64,000 bases of DNA from Paraphysomonas bandaiensis. Taxonomy: Eukaryota; Protista; Chrysophyceae. Positions within the stretch are counted from its first letter, which is position 1, and the number at the start of each line of letters is the position of its first letter. Shown one piece after another: positions 61,079-64,000 of the stretch. The stretch is from assembly GCA_965644295.1 (NCBI GenBank), contig CBFFRP010000285.1:1-64000 (forward strand). The letters are read 5' to 3'. Made by a program: the position numbers and the translations under genes. Under the pieces are notes generated by a model, which made no database searches, was not told the DNA's origin, and saw nothing but the letters and a program-made list of their open reading frames with translations.

Positions 61079-61839
61079 GTATGTATGTATGTATGTATGT
61101 ATGTATGTATGTATGTATGTATGTATGTATGTATGTATGTATGTATGTATGTATGTATGTATGTATGTATGTATGTATGTATGTATGTATGTATGTATGT
61201 ATGTATGTATGTATGTATGTATGTATGTATGTATGTATGTATGTATGTATGTATGTATGTATGTATGTATGTATGTATGTATGTATGTATGTATGTATGT
61301 ATGTATGTATGTATGTATGTATGTATGTATGTATGTATGTATGTATGTATGTATGTATGTATGTATGTATGTATGTATGTATGTATGTATGTATGTATGT
61401 ATGTATGTATGTATGTATGTATGTATGTATGTATGTATGTATGTATGTATGTATGTATGTATGTATGTATGTATGTATGTATGTATGTATGTATGTATGT
61501 ATGTATGTATGTATGTATGTATGTATGTATGTATGTATGTATGTATGTATGTATGTATGTATGTATGTATGTATGTATGTATGTATGTATGTATGTATGT
61601 ATGTATGTATGTATGTATGTATGTATGTATGTATGTATGTATGTATGTATGTATGTATGTATGTATGTATGTATGTATGTATGTATGTATGTATGTATGT
61701 ATGTATGTATGTATGTATGTATGTATGTATGTATGTATGTATGTATGTATGTATGTATGTATGTATGTATGTATGTATGTATGTATGTATGTATGTATGT
61801 ATGTATGTATGTATGTATGTATGTATGTATGTATGTATG

Positions 61840-61871
<32 letters not shown>

Positions 61872-62123
61872 TGTATGTATGTATGTATGTATGTATGTAT
61901 GTATGTATGTATGTATGTATGTATGTATGTATGTATGTATGTATGTATGTATGTATGTATGTATGTATGTATGTATGTATGTATGTATGTATGTATGTAT
62001 GTATGTATGTATGTATGTATGTATGTATGTATGTATGTATGTATGTATGTATGTATGTATGTATGTATGTATGTATGTATGTATGTATGTATGTATGTAT
62101 GTATGTATGTATGTATGTATGTA
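61023..62123. repeat. (TATG)n microsatellite, about 1.1 kb
   Basis: Near-perfect array between the divergent DIX-ELMO and PH-domain genes. Confidence 0.98.
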
Positions 62124-62303
62124 GGTGGGTATGTAAAATTGAGTGTATCTGATGAGCGCATCTATCCTCTTCTCTCTCTCTAACATGCATAGAGCACATT
62201 ACCTTCAGGAGATTATTTAATGAATCATTATAATAATAAATTCATTATTCTCTGGGGTCAATCAGTGTAATAAGATGCATTGATTGTTATTATAGTGGGT
62301 GAT

Positions 62304-64000
62304 ATGGCTGATAACAAATGCGAAGGCTCGCTATATATTGAAATAGATGATAAATGGAAAAATCTTTTTTGTTGGATTAGAAATGGAAAGTTTCAAGCAT
62401 TTGATAAACAGAGAGTTGTATCAGTATCAAATCAATAGAGTAAAAGACGGCCTGTATTTGAGGTATTGTATGACGTTATACAGCGTGATAGTGCTTTGAT
62501 AAGACTCTATTTCAATAACAGTTTGCTATTAATCCATCAAGTGTCAGTTGTAAAGCTCTTAATCCTGGTGCCGGCATATTGAATCGTATAGCTCTTACAG
62601 CTGGTTCTACCCTACCGGATTGCCCTGTGCTCTTTGAAGTATGTGCTAGGCTACAGAGTGTATTTTGTCCTAATATATATCTAGATAATATCTGGCGACG
62701 ACACGTATGTCTTAGCATGTGCTAATGAGAGAGATCGTGACCGTTGGATTCACGCTTTTGACGCGATATTGGTATGCTGCCACTGCATTCTTGTCCAGTA
62801 TCTAACCTGTGCACAGCAGGAGAAGAGCAGTGGGTTTACTTCCATGCTACTGGGTGGCCGCTCAAAGCCATCTGCGGAGCGTGGCATCCAGGATAACACG
62901 GTAACTACCTGAGAGAACAGATTTCAAATAATTTGGATTGACATTGTAACTCAGGCACAGGATACATTGCGTGATGGGGAAGGAACGGGAGACTTCAATG
63001 TGCGCGACAGGATGACGTCCATTCATCGCTTGGAATCTATATCCGAGGAAAGGTGTTCCATGGCAGGCAATGCACACGATATGGCCGATGATGAGGATAA
63101 CCAGTACTGTTGCCGAAAGAGCAGCATTTTCCGTATGAAGGTGGATACAATGCAGCGACTCTTTAAGGTTGTCTCAGCCTTCCCCTTTGTGATTGTGGTC
63201 GCCACGCTGAACATATCGAATGCACACTACATATTTCGGTAAATGCTTTCCAAATATGTACATTGTATGTGCTAATACCTATTCCAGGTCAGTCGCATTC
63301 ATCCGACTGATGAATCTTCTCATTTATATAATTCCGTTCATATTCGGTGGGTGTTGTCCGTCCTTGTGTTGTATGTGGCTTAGCCTCTCTTCTGTGCAGT
63401 GGACGTCCTACTATCCAAGGTAAATTCCCTCCGCCTGCAGACGCTCTTTATTGGAGTGTACATTTCTATATACCTTATACCTGTGGGGTACGTTGTCGTG
63501 CAGAAGCTAAAGGTCCGTTATATCACTTATAAACCGTCGTGGTGATTGTTGTGTGGTGCGTTGCAGACAGCTGCTGCCACACATAAAATCGAAGAGGGCA
63601 CATTCTGTTTTCGTCCAGCTCGAGCAATTCGGTGAGTTAGTGTTTTGTATCATATTTCCCTGGATCATCATGTTCTAGGCTTTCTTTCCCCAATGTGTTT
63701 GCGATTCAGGGGTTTGTTCTCGAGTTTGTGCAGCACTGTTGCTATTGCATGCCCCTAGGTATACTTAATTTATTCACTCTGTACAATGGGCTCCGCTCAC
63801 CCTGAATGTAGGTATTTTTGGTAGTGAAGATCAGGACAACACCGTCGAGGACATACCACCATATATACAGTTCAAAATATATTTCTGGATGGCTGTGGCA
63901 TCGGTGTTCATCTGTGCACTCTTGATTGTTCTGAATGCTGTGCTTCGGGTGGGAAAATATATTCTACAGCGTAGGTTTCATGTTAACATTGAATTTCACT
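62304..64000 (+). CDS. PH-domain protein with a downstream multi-pass membrane region (partial, runs off the window)
   Basis: EGSLYI...KWKNLFCWIRNGKFQAF ... TYVLACANERDRDRWIHAF (PH), then several hydrophobic exons separated by GT-AG introns. Confidence 0.6.

Noticed and set aside
60875-62199. Long MYVC/YIHT-repeat ORFs (also at 9295-9825, 46260-46876 and 50956-51462)
   Set aside because: These are translations of stop-free (TATG)n microsatellites, open in all frames; they are not genes.

Overview
Eukaryotic nuclear DNA from a compact, gene-dense genome with short GT-AG introns (mostly about 35-70 nt). It is probably a flagellated stramenopile; this is inferred from gene content (CFAP73, Crypton and MULE types) and not established. 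Host genes: TBC1D5-like RabGAP, tandem SH3b-like protein, DBP3 helicase, an inverted pair of tRNA-Lys(UUU), PX-PH phospholipase D, two EF-hand proteins, an RWD + YVH1-type zinc-domain protein, PrimPol, an F-box/ankyrin-like repeat protein, CFAP73, ADPRM, a GT64 glycosyltransferase, a DIX-ELMO protein and a partial PH/multi-TM gene. The main finding is at the left edge. An intronless two-ORF element (1 to about 6500, minus strand) has ORF2 in frame with ORF1 behind a single UGA-C stop. ORF2 encodes three OTU-like cysteine-protease modules followed by a SET domain that the ORF track missed because it runs off the window. This suggests a retrotransposon-like element carrying its own deubiquitinase-like and lysine-methyltransferase-like domains, although no RT or endonuclease is visible in the window. 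Also present are nested 5'-truncated LINE copies with 13-bp TSDs and a conserved 3' motif shared with a structured SINE-like element; hAT, Tc1/mariner, MULE, Crypton and copia remnants; and long (TATG)n arrays that repeatedly sit between divergently transcribed genes.
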